A DNA stretch of 64,000 nucleotides from Gammaproteobacteria bacterium (GCA_011620135.1 WOZS01000058.1:31534-95533), one strand, 5' to 3'. Counted from the first letter of the stretch, positions 33,747 through 43,134 are shown. The notes: generated from the sequence alone by a model not told the origin. A program made the numbers and translations.

Positions 33747-33968
33747 ATGACCGAGCCATCTTCCAATCCAAGTGAACCCAACCCCGCGGCATATGTCAGC
33801 CGGCTGCTGGAGCTGCTGAATGTGCCATTGCATGGAACAGCTGGCGAGCAACAGGTCATCCTGGAATCGGTGGCTCACCACTGGACCGTATTGCGCACCA
33901 TGGCCACCATCATGCACCAGGGGCCGCTGAGGGCCCATGAGGAGCCGGCTGCGGTGTTCCGGCCGTGA
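33747..33968 (+). CDS. small protein translationally coupled to the amidase (possible AtzG/GatC-like partner)
   Basis: 73 codons, GAGG RBS. Its stop TGA overlaps the amidase GTG start (GTGA). The C-terminal ...EEPAAVFRP tail is reminiscent of GatC-like subunits. Confidence 0.45.
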   Translation: MTEPSSNPSEPNPAAYVSRLLELLNVPLHGTAGEQQVILESVAHHWTVLRTMATIMHQGPLRAHEEPAAVFRP

Positions 33969-35326
33969 GCCGCCCATCCATTGCCCAGTTGGCCAGCCAG
34001 GTGGCCACAGGCTGTCTTTCTGCCGTGCAGCTGGCCGAAGAGGCGCTGGCGCGCGCGCAACGGGATGCCTGCAATGCATTGACCGACGTGTTGCCCCAGC
34101 GCGCCCTGGCCGAGGCTCGGGCGGTGGATCAGGCGGTGGCGCAGGGCCAGGCCGTAGGGCCGCTGGCCGGGGTGCCCTATGTGGTCAAGAATCTCTTTGC
34201 CATCCAAGGCGTGGTACGGCGCGCAGGCACCCGGGTTCCCTTTGCGCCCGCTGTGGCCGATGCCGCGCTGGTGGCCCGGCTGCAGGCCGCAGGAGCCATC
34301 CTGATCGGCGCTGCCAACATGGATGAGCTGGCTTATGGTTTCGTCACCGAGAACGCCCATGCCGGTGCGGTCCACAACCCCTTGTGTCATGGACATATTG
34401 CCGGGGGCTCGTCGGGGGGCTCTGCTGCAGCCGTGGCAGCCAATATCGTGCCTTTTGCCCTGGGCAGCGACACCAACGGTTCCATCCGTGTGCCGGCGGC
34501 CCTGTGTGGTTTGTTTGGCCTGCGCCCCACCTATGGGCGCCTGAGCCGGGCTGGCAGCCAGCTCTTTGCAGCCAGCCTCGATACCGTGGGGCCGCTGGGG
34601 CGCACGCCGGACGATCTGATGACCCTGCTGGCTGTCCTGGAAGGGCAGGATGCAGCAGACCCTGTCTCCATGCCCATCCCCCAAGACGCGCTGGCCTGGA
34701 ACGCCGAGCCACGGCGGCCCTTGCGTCTGGCGGTTGTGGGCGGATACTGCCGGGATCATGCCGATGAGCCGGCCTGGACAGCTGTGCAGCATGCTGCCGC
34801 CGTGTTGGGGGTGACAAACGAGATCACCATTCCAAGCCTGGAGCAGGCCCGGGCGGCAGCCTATGTGCTCACCGCCAGCGAAGGGGGCAACCTGCATCGC
34901 GAACTCCTGGCCGAGCACGGGGCCCTGTTGGACCCGCAGGTCTATCCCCGGCTGCTGGCTGGACTGTGTGCCCCCGCCAGTTGGTACCTGGATGCCCAGC
35001 GGCTGCGTGCAGCCTACCGTGCCGCCATGGCAGAGGTGTTTCGGGATGTGGATGTGCTGCTGGCCCCCGCCGTCCCTGTGCCGGCGCCGCCCATTGGCAG
35101 TGCTACCATCACCATCAACGGCAGGAAGCAGCCCACCCGGGCGGCGATGGGTTTGCTGACACAGCCCTTTTCCCTGGCGGGATTACCCGCGGCGGTGGCC
35201 CCGCTGTGGCCCCAGGGCGGCCTGCCGGTGGGCGTGCAGTGCATCGCGCCACCCTGGAAGGATCACTGGTGCCTGCAGGTGGCCCAGGACCTCGATGAGG
35301 CCGGACTGACCCAGCGGCCAGTCTGA
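33965..35326 (+). CDS. amidase-signature family amidase (GatA/AtzE-like)
   Basis: GGSSGGSAAAVAA AS-signature with Ser-cisSer-Lys context (K..MDE..GSDTNGSIRVPAA). Confidence 0.85.
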   Translation: MSRPSIAQLASQVATGCLSAVQLAEEALARAQRDACNALTDVLPQRALAEARAVDQAVAQGQAVGPLAGVPYVVKNLFAIQGVVRRAGTRVPFAPAVADAALVARLQAAGAILIGAANMDELAYGFVTENAHAGAVHNPLCHGHIAGGSSGGSAAAVAANIVPFALGSDTNGSIRVPAALCGLFGLRPTYGRLSRAGSQLFAASLDTVGPLGRTPDDLMTLLAVLEGQDAADPVSMPIPQDALAWNAEPRRPLRLAVVGGYCRDHADEPAWTAVQHAAAVLGVTNEITIPSLEQARAAAYVLTASEGGNLHRELLAEHGALLDPQVYPRLLAGLCAPASWYLDAQRLRAAYRAAMAEVFRDVDVLLAPAVPVPAPPIGSATITINGRKQPTRAAMGLLTQPFSLAGLPAAVAPLWPQGGLPVGVQCIAPPWKDHWCLQVAQDLDEAGLTQRPV

Positions 35327-35339
35327 TCACCGCCTCTGC

Positions 35340-36329
35340 TCAGCAGGATTTGTACCTGCGATACCAGTTGGTGAACCGGGCCAGCCCTTCCTCGATGGAG
35401 ACCCGGGGGGTCAGGCCGGTCAGGGCCTTGAGATCACTGATGTCGCCAAAGGTCTCGGGCACATCGCCGGGCTGCAAGGGCAAAAGCTCGATGGCGGCCT
35501 GCCGGCCCAGGTAGCCTTCCAGTAAACGCACACACTCCATGATGGGCACCGGGTGGCCACTGGCCACATTGAGCACCCGATGTCGGGCGCGGCTCAGTTG
35601 TTCTTGGGGCGGGGCGCTTGGCGGCAGGGCGAGCACAGCCAACACCGCCTCGACCACATCGTCGATGTAGGTGAAATCCCGTCTATGGTGGCCGAAGTTG
35701 AAGATCGTCAGTGGCTGGCCACCCAGCATGCGCTCGGTGAACAGGTAGAGTGCCATGTCGGGTCGTCCCCAGGGCCCGTAGACCGTGAAGAAGCGCAGGC
35801 CCGTCGCCGGCAGGCCATGAAGATGGCTGTAGGAATAGGCCATGAGTTCGTTAGCCCGCTTGGTGGCGGCATAGAGGCTCAAGGGGGTGTCGGCATGGTC
35901 ATCCAGGGCGAAGGGCTGGCGTGTGCTGGCGCCATAGACCGAGCTGCTGGAGGCATAGACGAAATGCTCCACGGGATGACGCACCAAGGCATCCAGCACA
36001 TGGCCAAAGGCCACGAGATTGCTCTGTATGTAGAGTTCGGGGCACTGCATGGCGTAGCGCACCCCTGCCAAGGCCGCGAGATGGATCACGGCCTGGGCTT
36101 GGGTTTTTGCAAAATAGCTCAGCGTCGCTTCGCGGTCGGCCATCTCCAACTGCTGGAATGAAAACCCGGGGATTTCCTGGAGCTGGGCAAGACGGGCCTG
36201 CTTGAGGGTCACATCGTAATGGGGGCAGAGGTTGTCGCAGCCCAGCACCTCTTCATGCCGCGCCAGCAGGGCCTTGCTCACATGAAAGCCGATGAACCCG
36301 GCACAGCCGGTCACCATGATGCGCGCCAT
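35340..36329 (-). CDS. UDP-glucuronate 4-epimerase (NAD-dependent epimerase/dehydratase)
   Basis: VTGCAGFIGFHVS..CDNL..YYDV..YASSSSVYG..YAATK.. Near co-linear with known UDP-GlcA 4-epimerases. Confidence 0.85.
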   Translation of the reverse strand: MARIMVTGCAGFIGFHVSKALLARHEEVLGCDNLCPHYDVTLKQARLAQLQEIPGFSFQQLEMADREATLSYFAKTQAQAVIHLAALAGVRYAMQCPELYIQSNLVAFGHVLDALVRHPVEHFVYASSSSVYGASTRQPFALDDHADTPLSLYAATKRANELMAYSYSHLHGLPATGLRFFTVYGPWGRPDMALYLFTERMLGGQPLTIFNFGHHRRDFTYIDDVVEAVLAVLALPPSAPPQEQLSRARHRVLNVASGHPVPIMECVRLLEGYLGRQAAIELLPLQPGDVPETFGDISDLKALTGLTPRVSIEEGLARFTNWYRRYKSC

Positions 36330-36332
36330 GGT

Positions 36333-37580
36333 CTACAGACTCCAGTATTCCGGGAAGCATCCTGCCTCCCGGCGAAAAATGGCCTTGAGATCGGCAAACA
36401 GGCCCTGCTTATCCAAGCGGCTTTGATAATAGCATACCGGCTTCCCCAGGTACTGGCGGTGGGGCACGGCCAGCAGCAGCGCATCGAGGTTGTGCCAACA
36501 GTCGGGATCGCTCATGGTGCGTCCCCACAGGCTGGCAATATGCTCTGGATCGGCCAGGGGATCATGGACCAGGGGCATGATCCCATAGGCCTGCAGTTCG
36601 TCCAGCACGTCCCGCACCCGGCTCTCCCGGCAGTCGGCCACGTTTTCCTTGAAGGCAAGCCCCAGCACGCCCACCTGCGCTGTCTTGGGGGCAATGCCCC
36701 GCAGGCACAGCCGCTGGATGATCTTCTGCGCCACGAAGCCGCCCATGCTGTCATTGATACGCCGGCCCGCCAGGATCACCTGGGGATTGTAGCCCAGGGC
36801 CTGGGCCTTGCTGGTGAGATAATAGGGGTCCACGCTGATGCAATGTCCGCCCACCAGACCTGGGCGGAAGGGCAAAAAGTTCCATTTGGTACCGGCGCAG
36901 GCCAGCACCTCGTCTGTGGCGATCCCCAGGCGATCGCAGATCAGCGCCAGCTCATTGACAAGAGCAATATTGAGGTCGCGCTGTACATTTTCGATCACCT
37001 TGGCGGTCTCGGCCACGGCAATGCTGGATGCCTGCCACACCCCGGCTTGCACGATGCGACCATAGAGCTCCGCGAGGCGCGCGGTGCAGGCTGCGTCATG
37101 GCCGGCCACCACCTTGGTGGTGTTTTCCAGGGTGTGCTCGGCATCACCCGGATTGAGGCGCTCCGGTGAATAGCCCACGGCGAAGTCCACAAAAGGGCGT
37201 AAGCCAGACGCTGCCCCAAGGGCGGGGGCAAGGCATTCCATGGTGAACCCTGGGTAGACGGTGGACTCCAGAACCACAAGGACACCCGGGCGCAGGTGTG
37301 GGCCCAGCATGGCGCTGGCCTGCAGCAGGGGGCGCAGGTCCGGCACCTTGCTGCGATCCACCGGCGTGGGCACGGTGATGATGTAGGCATCATTATTGTC
37401 CAAAACGGCAGGGTCTGAGCTGAGGATGCAACTGGCAGGCAGGTCCTTGTTTGCGGCACACAGCTGGGCGATGCGCCTGAGGTCGATATCGAAGCCCACA
37501 GCGGGGCCAACCTTGGCAAAGGACTGCAGCACCGGCCAGCCCACGTAGCCAAGCCCGATGACCGCCACTTGGGGAGTCAT
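36333..37580 (-). CDS. nucleotide-sugar 6-dehydrogenase (UDP-glucose/GDP-mannose DH family, TviB/WbpA-like)
   Basis: VAVIGLGYVG.., catalytic GGHCI, ..FKEN.. motifs. Substrate specificity cannot be fixed from sequence alone. Confidence 0.85.
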   Translation of the reverse strand: MTPQVAVIGLGYVGWPVLQSFAKVGPAVGFDIDLRRIAQLCAANKDLPASCILSSDPAVLDNNDAYIITVPTPVDRSKVPDLRPLLQASAMLGPHLRPGVLVVLESTVYPGFTMECLAPALGAASGLRPFVDFAVGYSPERLNPGDAEHTLENTTKVVAGHDAACTARLAELYGRIVQAGVWQASSIAVAETAKVIENVQRDLNIALVNELALICDRLGIATDEVLACAGTKWNFLPFRPGLVGGHCISVDPYYLTSKAQALGYNPQVILAGRRINDSMGGFVAQKIIQRLCLRGIAPKTAQVGVLGLAFKENVADCRESRVRDVLDELQAYGIMPLVHDPLADPEHIASLWGRTMSDPDCWHNLDALLLAVPHRQYLGKPVCYYQSRLDKQGLFADLKAIFRREAGCFPEYWSL

Positions 37581-37645
37581 GGCCTGAGCCCGGCAAAACG
37601 GCTTGATGCTGTGGCCCACGTGGTCTTTGGGGTATCATCATCCCC

Positions 37646-37975
37646 ATGGCGATGACCCTCTGGCGATGTTTTGTGGTGCACGGTCTGGTGCAAGGTGTGG
37701 GGTTCCGCGCCGCAACCCAGCGCCAGGCCAAGGCGTTGGGTGTAGTGGGCTGGGTGCGCAACCTGCCAGACGGCAGGGTGGAAGTGCTGGCCGGGGGCCC
37801 ACCGGAGGCGCTGGAGGACCTGCATGCCTGGCTGCATCAGGGACCAACCGGCGCTGTGGTCGAGGGTGTGGCCATGATGGAAGCCGCTTCGAACCAGCCC
37901 CCGTCCCCGCCCTATGCGCCGCCGCCAGGCCAGGAGTCAGCTTTCCAGGCACAGGATTTCATCATCATCCACTGA
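37646..37975 (+). CDS. acylphosphatase
   Basis: VQGVGFR and GWVRN.PDGRVEV signature motifs. Confidence 0.8.
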   Translation: MAMTLWRCFVVHGLVQGVGFRAATQRQAKALGVVGWVRNLPDGRVEVLAGGPPEALEDLHAWLHQGPTGAVVEGVAMMEAASNQPPSPPYAPPPGQESAFQAQDFIIIH

Positions 37976-38005
37976 GTCTGTCCGGGGCCATGAGCCGCCG
38001 CCTGC

Positions 38006-38470
38006 TCACTCCACGCGATAGCGATCATGGCAGGCCTCGCAGGTCTTGGCTGTCTTGAGGAACTGGGCGGCGAACTGCTGCTTGTCGCCATTTTTGGCTG
38101 TCTCGGCGAGGGTATCTGCGGCCTGCTCCAAGGCTCGTGCCTTCTCCTTGAAGTCGTCCATGTGGCTCCACAGCGCTGCTTTGGTGTCTGTGGGCTTGAT
38201 GCCCTTGGTCTCGGGCGTGAAGCCTTCCCAGGGCAGTTTGGCGAGATAGGCCACATGGGCGGCGCGCACTTGTATCTCCTTGGGGTCGAAGGGCTTGTCA
38301 CCCTTGACCATGGCCCCCAGCTGGGAGAACTGGAAGCCCAGTGCGCCCAGGGCATGGCGGCGGTAGTGTACCAGATCCTTGGGGGCCGCTGCCCAGGCGC
38401 CAAGGGCTGTGGCAACCAGCAGGGCTGCTGCCGGCAGCAGGATGCGTCGTGGCGTGCGATGTGATGGCAT
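38006..38470 (-). CDS. cytochrome c' (class II c-type cytochrome)
   Basis: Signal peptide, four-helix-length protein, C-terminal CEACHDRYR heme-binding motif. Confidence 0.8.
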   Translation of the reverse strand: MPSHRTPRRILLPAAALLVATALGAWAAAPKDLVHYRRHALGALGFQFSQLGAMVKGDKPFDPKEIQVRAAHVAYLAKLPWEGFTPETKGIKPTDTKAALWSHMDDFKEKARALEQAADTLAETAKNGDKQQFAAQFLKTAKTCEACHDRYRVE

Positions 38471-38564
38471 GACTTCTCCCTGGAACCTGAAATCCACCTG
38501 CGGTTGTCTATCCTGCCGCTTGTGCCATGGATTGACGAAAGGACTTCTTGCCGACCATTATGGC

Positions 38565-39605
38565 ATGAAAGATCATTGCTTTTGTGGAAAAATGATGTCA
38601 TCGATCGCCACCCCAGAGCCCCGGCTGTGGCCCGCGTTGTTCGCGGCCCTGCCACCATGGTCATCCCAGGGACACCGTCATTGGCTCACCACCACCCAGG
38701 GCTGTTTCTGGCAGGCCGCCGGTGATCAGGCGTCCCTGGACACCATGGCCCGGGCAGCCTGTGCCCTGCTGGGCCGAAGTGCGGATCTGCGGGAGGATCT
38801 GCTGGCTGCCCTGGCCTTTGGCGTCCAGGCCATGGCCTGGCACTGCTATCTGCGCCCCTGGGCCGAGGCCATCGAGGTGGCCACAGCGGTTGCCACAGGA
38901 CAGGCAGTGATGGCGGTGGCCTACTCGGAGCCGGGAGGCTCGCCAGGGCTGCTCAACACCACAGCGCGGTATGACGGATCAGGCTGGCTGCTTTCAGGGA
39001 GCAAGCAGTACATCACCAATGGCCCACTGGCCGACTGGTTCGTGGTCTTTGCCATGGTCGCAGGAGACCATCCCCGGCGTGAAGCCTTCCTGGTGCCCGC
39101 AGGTGCCGTGCAGGTCACGGCCATGGAAGTGCCGGCGTTGCTGGCCGGCCTGCCCCATGCTCGGCTGGATCTCACAGACGTGCCGGTGGCAGGGCATCAT
39201 CGCCTGCCCCAGGAGCGGGCCCTGGCCGCCGGGCGCCGGCTGCGCCGCGCCGAGGACAGCCTGCGCCTTGCGCTGCTGGCTGCCGCGGTGCGCTTGATCG
39301 TCCGCCGTGGCGCAGCGGACGATCAGCAGACGGCCATCCTGGGCGAAGCGCTGCTCCTGGAGGAGCTGGCCATGGCCGCCCTGGAAGCCCTGGAGGCTGG
39401 GCGGGCCCAGCGCCAGCAGGCCCTGGCGTTGGCGGGCCTCGAGTCGGCCCAGGGTCTGGGCGCCCGGTTGCAGGGCGTGCAGTCCCTGGACGATGATGAC
39501 CACATGCGCTTGCTTCAGGCTTTGCCTGCTGCCCTGGGCCGGGGTGATCCCTGGCGGCTGCGCGCCCGGCTGGGGCGCCTGGCAGGCTCTGGCGAGGAAC
39601 CTTGA
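38565..39605 (+). CDS. acyl-CoA dehydrogenase-like protein (non-canonical, short C-terminus)
   Basis: Middle-domain motifs AYSEPGGSPG...SGSKQYITNGPLADWFVVFA are ACAD-like. The C-terminal region lacks an obvious YEG(T)/catalytic-Glu motif. Start ambiguous (38565 or 38592). Confidence 0.55.
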   Translation: MKDHCFCGKMMSSIATPEPRLWPALFAALPPWSSQGHRHWLTTTQGCFWQAAGDQASLDTMARAACALLGRSADLREDLLAALAFGVQAMAWHCYLRPWAEAIEVATAVATGQAVMAVAYSEPGGSPGLLNTTARYDGSGWLLSGSKQYITNGPLADWFVVFAMVAGDHPRREAFLVPAGAVQVTAMEVPALLAGLPHARLDLTDVPVAGHHRLPQERALAAGRRLRRAEDSLRLALLAAAVRLIVRRGAADDQQTAILGEALLLEELAMAALEALEAGRAQRQQALALAGLESAQGLGARLQGVQSLDDDDHMRLLQALPAALGRGDPWRLRARLGRLAGSGEEP

Positions 39606-39687
39606 GGAACCTGAGGATTGCGGGATTAGGCCATGAAAAAGCAGCCATGATGCCACCTGCCGCCTGGCCACGTGAAGGAGGATTGCC

Positions 39688-39735
39688 ATGCAGGGCCACA
39701 GCATGAGACAACATCATCGACAGGGCGCGCCATGA
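39688..39735 (+). CDS. 15-codon upstream ORF (MQGHSMRQHHRQGAP) translationally coupled to the MoxR gene
   Basis: AAGGAGGA RBS 6 nt upstream of ATG 39688. Its TGA overlaps the MoxR ATG (cATGAg). The MoxR ATG has no SD of its own. Confidence 0.3.
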   Translation: MQGHSMRQHHRQGAP

Positions 39736-40703
39736 GCGTCTCCTTGCAAAAGGACAGCCGGCTTGCAAGTCCCGCCATCGTGGCCGAAGGTCTGGAGCGC
39801 CTGGGCTACATCGCCTCGCCCAGTGTGGCGACCTCGGTCTATGTGTCAGCAGCGCTGGAAAAGCCTCTCTTGGTGGAAGGCCCAGCCGGCGTGGGCAAGA
39901 CCGAGCTGGCCAAAGCACTGGCACAGTACCTGCAAAAGCCGCTGATCCGCCTGCAGTGCTATGAGGGTCTCGACGAGGCCCGGGCGCTCTACGAGTGGAA
40001 ATACGGCAAGCAGCTGCTTTATGTGCAGCTCCTCAAGGACAAGATCGCCGAGCTCACGGCAGGCACCAAAACGCTGGAGCAGGCCCTGGCAGTCATTCAT
40101 GCCCAGGATGAGCTGTTTTTCTCCAGGGACTTTCTGGAGCCCCGCCCCCTGTTGCAGTCCCTGCAGGTGCCAGGCGGTGCTGTCTTGCTGGTGGACGAGG
40201 TGGACAAGGCAGACCCGGAGTTCGAGGCCCTGTTGCTGGAGGTGCTCTCCGATTTCCAGGTGAGCATTCCCGAATTGGGCACCATCGTCGCCACGGAAAA
40301 GCCGCTGGTGGTGCTCACCAGCAACCGCGTCCGGGAGATGGGTGACGCGTTGCGTCGGCGCTGCCTGCATCTCTATCTCAACTTTCCTGATGCTGCCCTG
40401 GAAGAGCGCATCGTGGCCGCCCAGGTGCCCCAGTGCACCGCCCGGCTGCGCGCCCAACTGGTGGCCTTTGTGCATGGCCTGCGCAAGCTGGACCTGCGCA
40501 AGCTCCCCGCCGTGAGCGAGACCATCGACTGGGCACGTACCCTGGTGCTGCTGCATGCCGATCAGCTGGCTTGGGACCTGGTGCAGGATACCCTCAATGT
40601 GTTGCTCAAGTTCCAGGAGGACGCCGAGCAGGTCCATCACCAGGGCCTGCGCCTGGTGCAAGAGGCCTGCCGCGATGGACCGCACGCTGCTGCTCTTCGT
40701 TGA
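39732..40703 (+). CDS. MoxR-family AAA+ ATPase (CoxD-like)
   Basis: LLVEGPAGVGKTELAKALA Walker A, VLLVDEVDKA Walker B, about 320 aa. Confidence 0.85.
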   Translation: MSVSLQKDSRLASPAIVAEGLERLGYIASPSVATSVYVSAALEKPLLVEGPAGVGKTELAKALAQYLQKPLIRLQCYEGLDEARALYEWKYGKQLLYVQLLKDKIAELTAGTKTLEQALAVIHAQDELFFSRDFLEPRPLLQSLQVPGGAVLLVDEVDKADPEFEALLLEVLSDFQVSIPELGTIVATEKPLVVLTSNRVREMGDALRRRCLHLYLNFPDAALEERIVAAQVPQCTARLRAQLVAFVHGLRKLDLRKLPAVSETIDWARTLVLLHADQLAWDLVQDTLNVLLKFQEDAEQVHHQGLRLVQEACRDGPHAAALR

Positions 40704-42015
40704 GGCGCTGCGCCAGGCTGGGGTGCGCATCACGCCTGACGAGACCACAGACGCCTTGCGCATCGCAGGGGAGGTGGGGCTTGCCGAGCGCGATACCCTG
40801 CGTGAGGTGCTGGGTTGCACGCTGGCCAAGTCGGTGGCGGACAAACGGCGTTTCGAGGCCACGTTCCAGCGCTTCTTTGCCCTGCCGGGCTCTTCTGCCG
40901 ATTCCCCCCAGCAAACGGCACCGACAGCCGGGGCCACTGCGGACGATGCAGGCCTGCCGCAGGCCGAGCCTGCAGCTGGTGACCTGTCCCAGGAACCGGG
41001 CGTTATGATGCAGCAGCGCCTCGCCGCCGCCGCCCGGGAGATGCGCATCGACACCATCGCGCTGCCCACCCAGAAGGGCCTCTATACCCGCAGGCTGGCC
41101 ATGGCCGCAGGTGGCGAGGAGTTGGAGGCTGCCTGGCAGTTGGCCCAGCGCCAGGGCGATCTCGAGACCGCAGCGCAGCTTGCAGCCCAGGGCGAGCGGT
41201 TGCGCGCCCATGCCCGCGCCATGGTGGAGCAGGCCTATCAGCTCTACGGCAAGGGGCGCATGCAGGCCCTCAGCGACATCATCCTGCAGGAAAAGCCGCT
41301 GTCGGCGCTGGAGACCCGGGATCTCAAGCGCATGCGTCCTTTGGTGGAGGCCATGGCCCAGCGCCTCAAAGACAAGCGGCGCATCACGCGCCATCTGCGC
41401 CGCGGCACGCTGGATGTGCGGCGCACGCTGCGCGCCAACATGGGGCACGATGGCGTCCTGATGGAGGTGGCCTGGCACAGGCGGCTGCAGCAGCAGCCCA
41501 GGCTCGTGGCGCTGTGCGACGTGAGCCGTTCGGTGGAGCGTTATGTGCGCTTTTTGCTGATGCTGCTCTTCGAGCTCAAGTCGGTGATCCGCGATCTGCA
41601 GGTCTTTGCCTTTGCCGGCGATGTCGCCTGTGTCAATGAACTGTTCCAGCGGCTGAGCCTCGAGCAGGCCCTCGATGCCGTGCCCCACGCCGCCCCCGGC
41701 GGGGCCACCGACTATGGCCAGCTGTGGCGTCACATGACAGCCCATCAGCTCCATCTCTTCAACCGGCAGACCACCGTGCTGGTGCTGGGCGATGCCCGCT
41801 CCAACGACCTCGACCCGGAAGTGGCGTTGCTGCGCCGCCTCTCTGCCCAGGTGAAGCGGGTCATGTGGCTTGATCCCGAGCCACGCGTCCAGTGGGGCTG
41901 GGGGGATTCGGTCATCTGGCGTTACCGGCCGTTGCTACATGGCTTGCATGAATGTAGTACCTTGTTGCAATTGGAGCACGCCGTGAACCGGGCTCTGGTG
42001 GATTTCGGGGCATGA
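40675..42015 (+). CDS. VWA-domain protein (CoxE-like partner of the MoxR ATPase)
   Basis: Overlaps the MoxR 3' end. C-terminal VWA domain with CDVSRS MIDAS-like motif. Confidence 0.8.
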   Translation: MDRTLLLFVEALRQAGVRITPDETTDALRIAGEVGLAERDTLREVLGCTLAKSVADKRRFEATFQRFFALPGSSADSPQQTAPTAGATADDAGLPQAEPAAGDLSQEPGVMMQQRLAAAAREMRIDTIALPTQKGLYTRRLAMAAGGEELEAAWQLAQRQGDLETAAQLAAQGERLRAHARAMVEQAYQLYGKGRMQALSDIILQEKPLSALETRDLKRMRPLVEAMAQRLKDKRRITRHLRRGTLDVRRTLRANMGHDGVLMEVAWHRRLQQQPRLVALCDVSRSVERYVRFLLMLLFELKSVIRDLQVFAFAGDVACVNELFQRLSLEQALDAVPHAAPGGATDYGQLWRHMTAHQLHLFNRQTTVLVLGDARSNDLDPEVALLRRLSAQVKRVMWLDPEPRVQWGWGDSVIWRYRPLLHGLHECSTLLQLEHAVNRALVDFGA

Positions 42016-42168
42016 TGGTCATGGCGGCGCGTAGCCGCGCGTCGGGTCTGTTTGAGATTTCTTGATTTTTTGAGCCCCGCAGCCGCTATACTTTTCAGGG
42101 TAAAATCAATGCCTGCTGGCGGCGTTTATGGACGGCAGGTGATCGGGTACTGCGGTGAGGATGAGGCA

Positions 42169-42483
42169 ATGGGTATAGGCAGGATCGATGGTAAAGGGCC
42201 TCCTGTGCCGGGCGTGCGGCCAGCTGCGCTGGAAGGTAAACCGCTGGTGCAGCAGGAGCGCAGCCTTCCGGTTTCCCAGGAAGACACAGTCTCGGTCGCT
42301 TTTGGTTCCCTGGTCCAGAGGCTCGTGGCGGGTGCTGTGGAGAGCCACGCTGTGGATCCAGCACGCCTCCAGGCCTTGCGCCAGGCCATCACCGATGGCA
42401 CCTACACCATCGACCCAGACCAGATCGCCCAGCGCATGGTGGACATGGAGCGCGGCCTGTGGTTTGGTCTGCCCTGGACATAA
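42169..42483 (+). CDS. flgM: anti-sigma-28 factor FlgM
   Basis: C-terminal LQALRQAITDGTYTIDPDQIAQRMVDME is the FlgM sigma-28-binding helix; about 105 aa. Confidence 0.7.
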   Translation: MGIGRIDGKGPPVPGVRPAALEGKPLVQQERSLPVSQEDTVSVAFGSLVQRLVAGAVESHAVDPARLQALRQAITDGTYTIDPDQIAQRMVDMERGLWFGLPWT

Positions 42484-42495
42484 GGAGGAGCGACC

Positions 42496-43134
42496 ATGGA
42501 CGATTCCTGGATTCGCCGCCAGGACCAGCAGAGCCCAGGACCAGCAGAGCCAGGACACGAGTCCAGGGTTCCCCGGTATCCCGGGCAAACTGAGCGTGGC
42601 GGGGATGGGTGCACTGGGGCGGATGCCGGGGATGGGGATGCGGCCTGTGAGAGACACGTGCTCGAGTTGCTCGCCAACCTGGAGGCGGTGTTGCGTGCCG
42701 AGCACCAGGTGTTGGTGGAGGCCGCCGCCGGTGCCCTGACCACCCTGGCACGCCAGAAAATGGCGTTGCTGGCCTCCATCGAGCAGTCCTGCCAGGAATT
42801 GGGAATGGCCCGGGGACGGGCATGGCTCGAGGAAGACCGTGCTGCCATCGAGGTCTTGGCACGCTGTCGCGGTCTCAACCACATCAATGGCAACCTGATC
42901 GCCCTGCGTCGCAGACAAGTGGCTCAGGAGCTCGCGGTTCTGGGTGTCTCCTTGCCAGAAACAGAGCCGGCAGAAGCACTGCTGGCGATGCCTGGTCCAG
43001 GGGCTGACCAACATGGATCAGTCCATGCCTCAGCACATGGGGCTTCAGGGTGGACGGCGGCTGCCGCCATCCCCACAGAGCACGACCCCCAGGGCGAGGC
43101 GGTGCCACGCCGCAACATCCAGCATCTGGCCTGA
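42496..43134 (+). CDS. flgN: flagellar export chaperone FlgN-like
   Basis: Position immediately after flgM. Helical LELLANLEAVLRAEHQVL...LLASIEQ pattern. Low-complexity N-terminal extension. Confidence 0.55.
   Translation: MDDSWIRRQDQQSPGPAEPGHESRVPRYPGQTERGGDGCTGADAGDGDAACERHVLELLANLEAVLRAEHQVLVEAAAGALTTLARQKMALLASIEQSCQELGMARGRAWLEEDRAAIEVLARCRGLNHINGNLIALRRRQVAQELAVLGVSLPETEPAEALLAMPGPGADQHGSVHASAHGASGWTAAAAIPTEHDPQGEAVPRRNIQHLA

Noticed and set aside
39846-41069. 407-aa minus-strand ORF
   Set aside because: Antisense to the MoxR/VWA genes.
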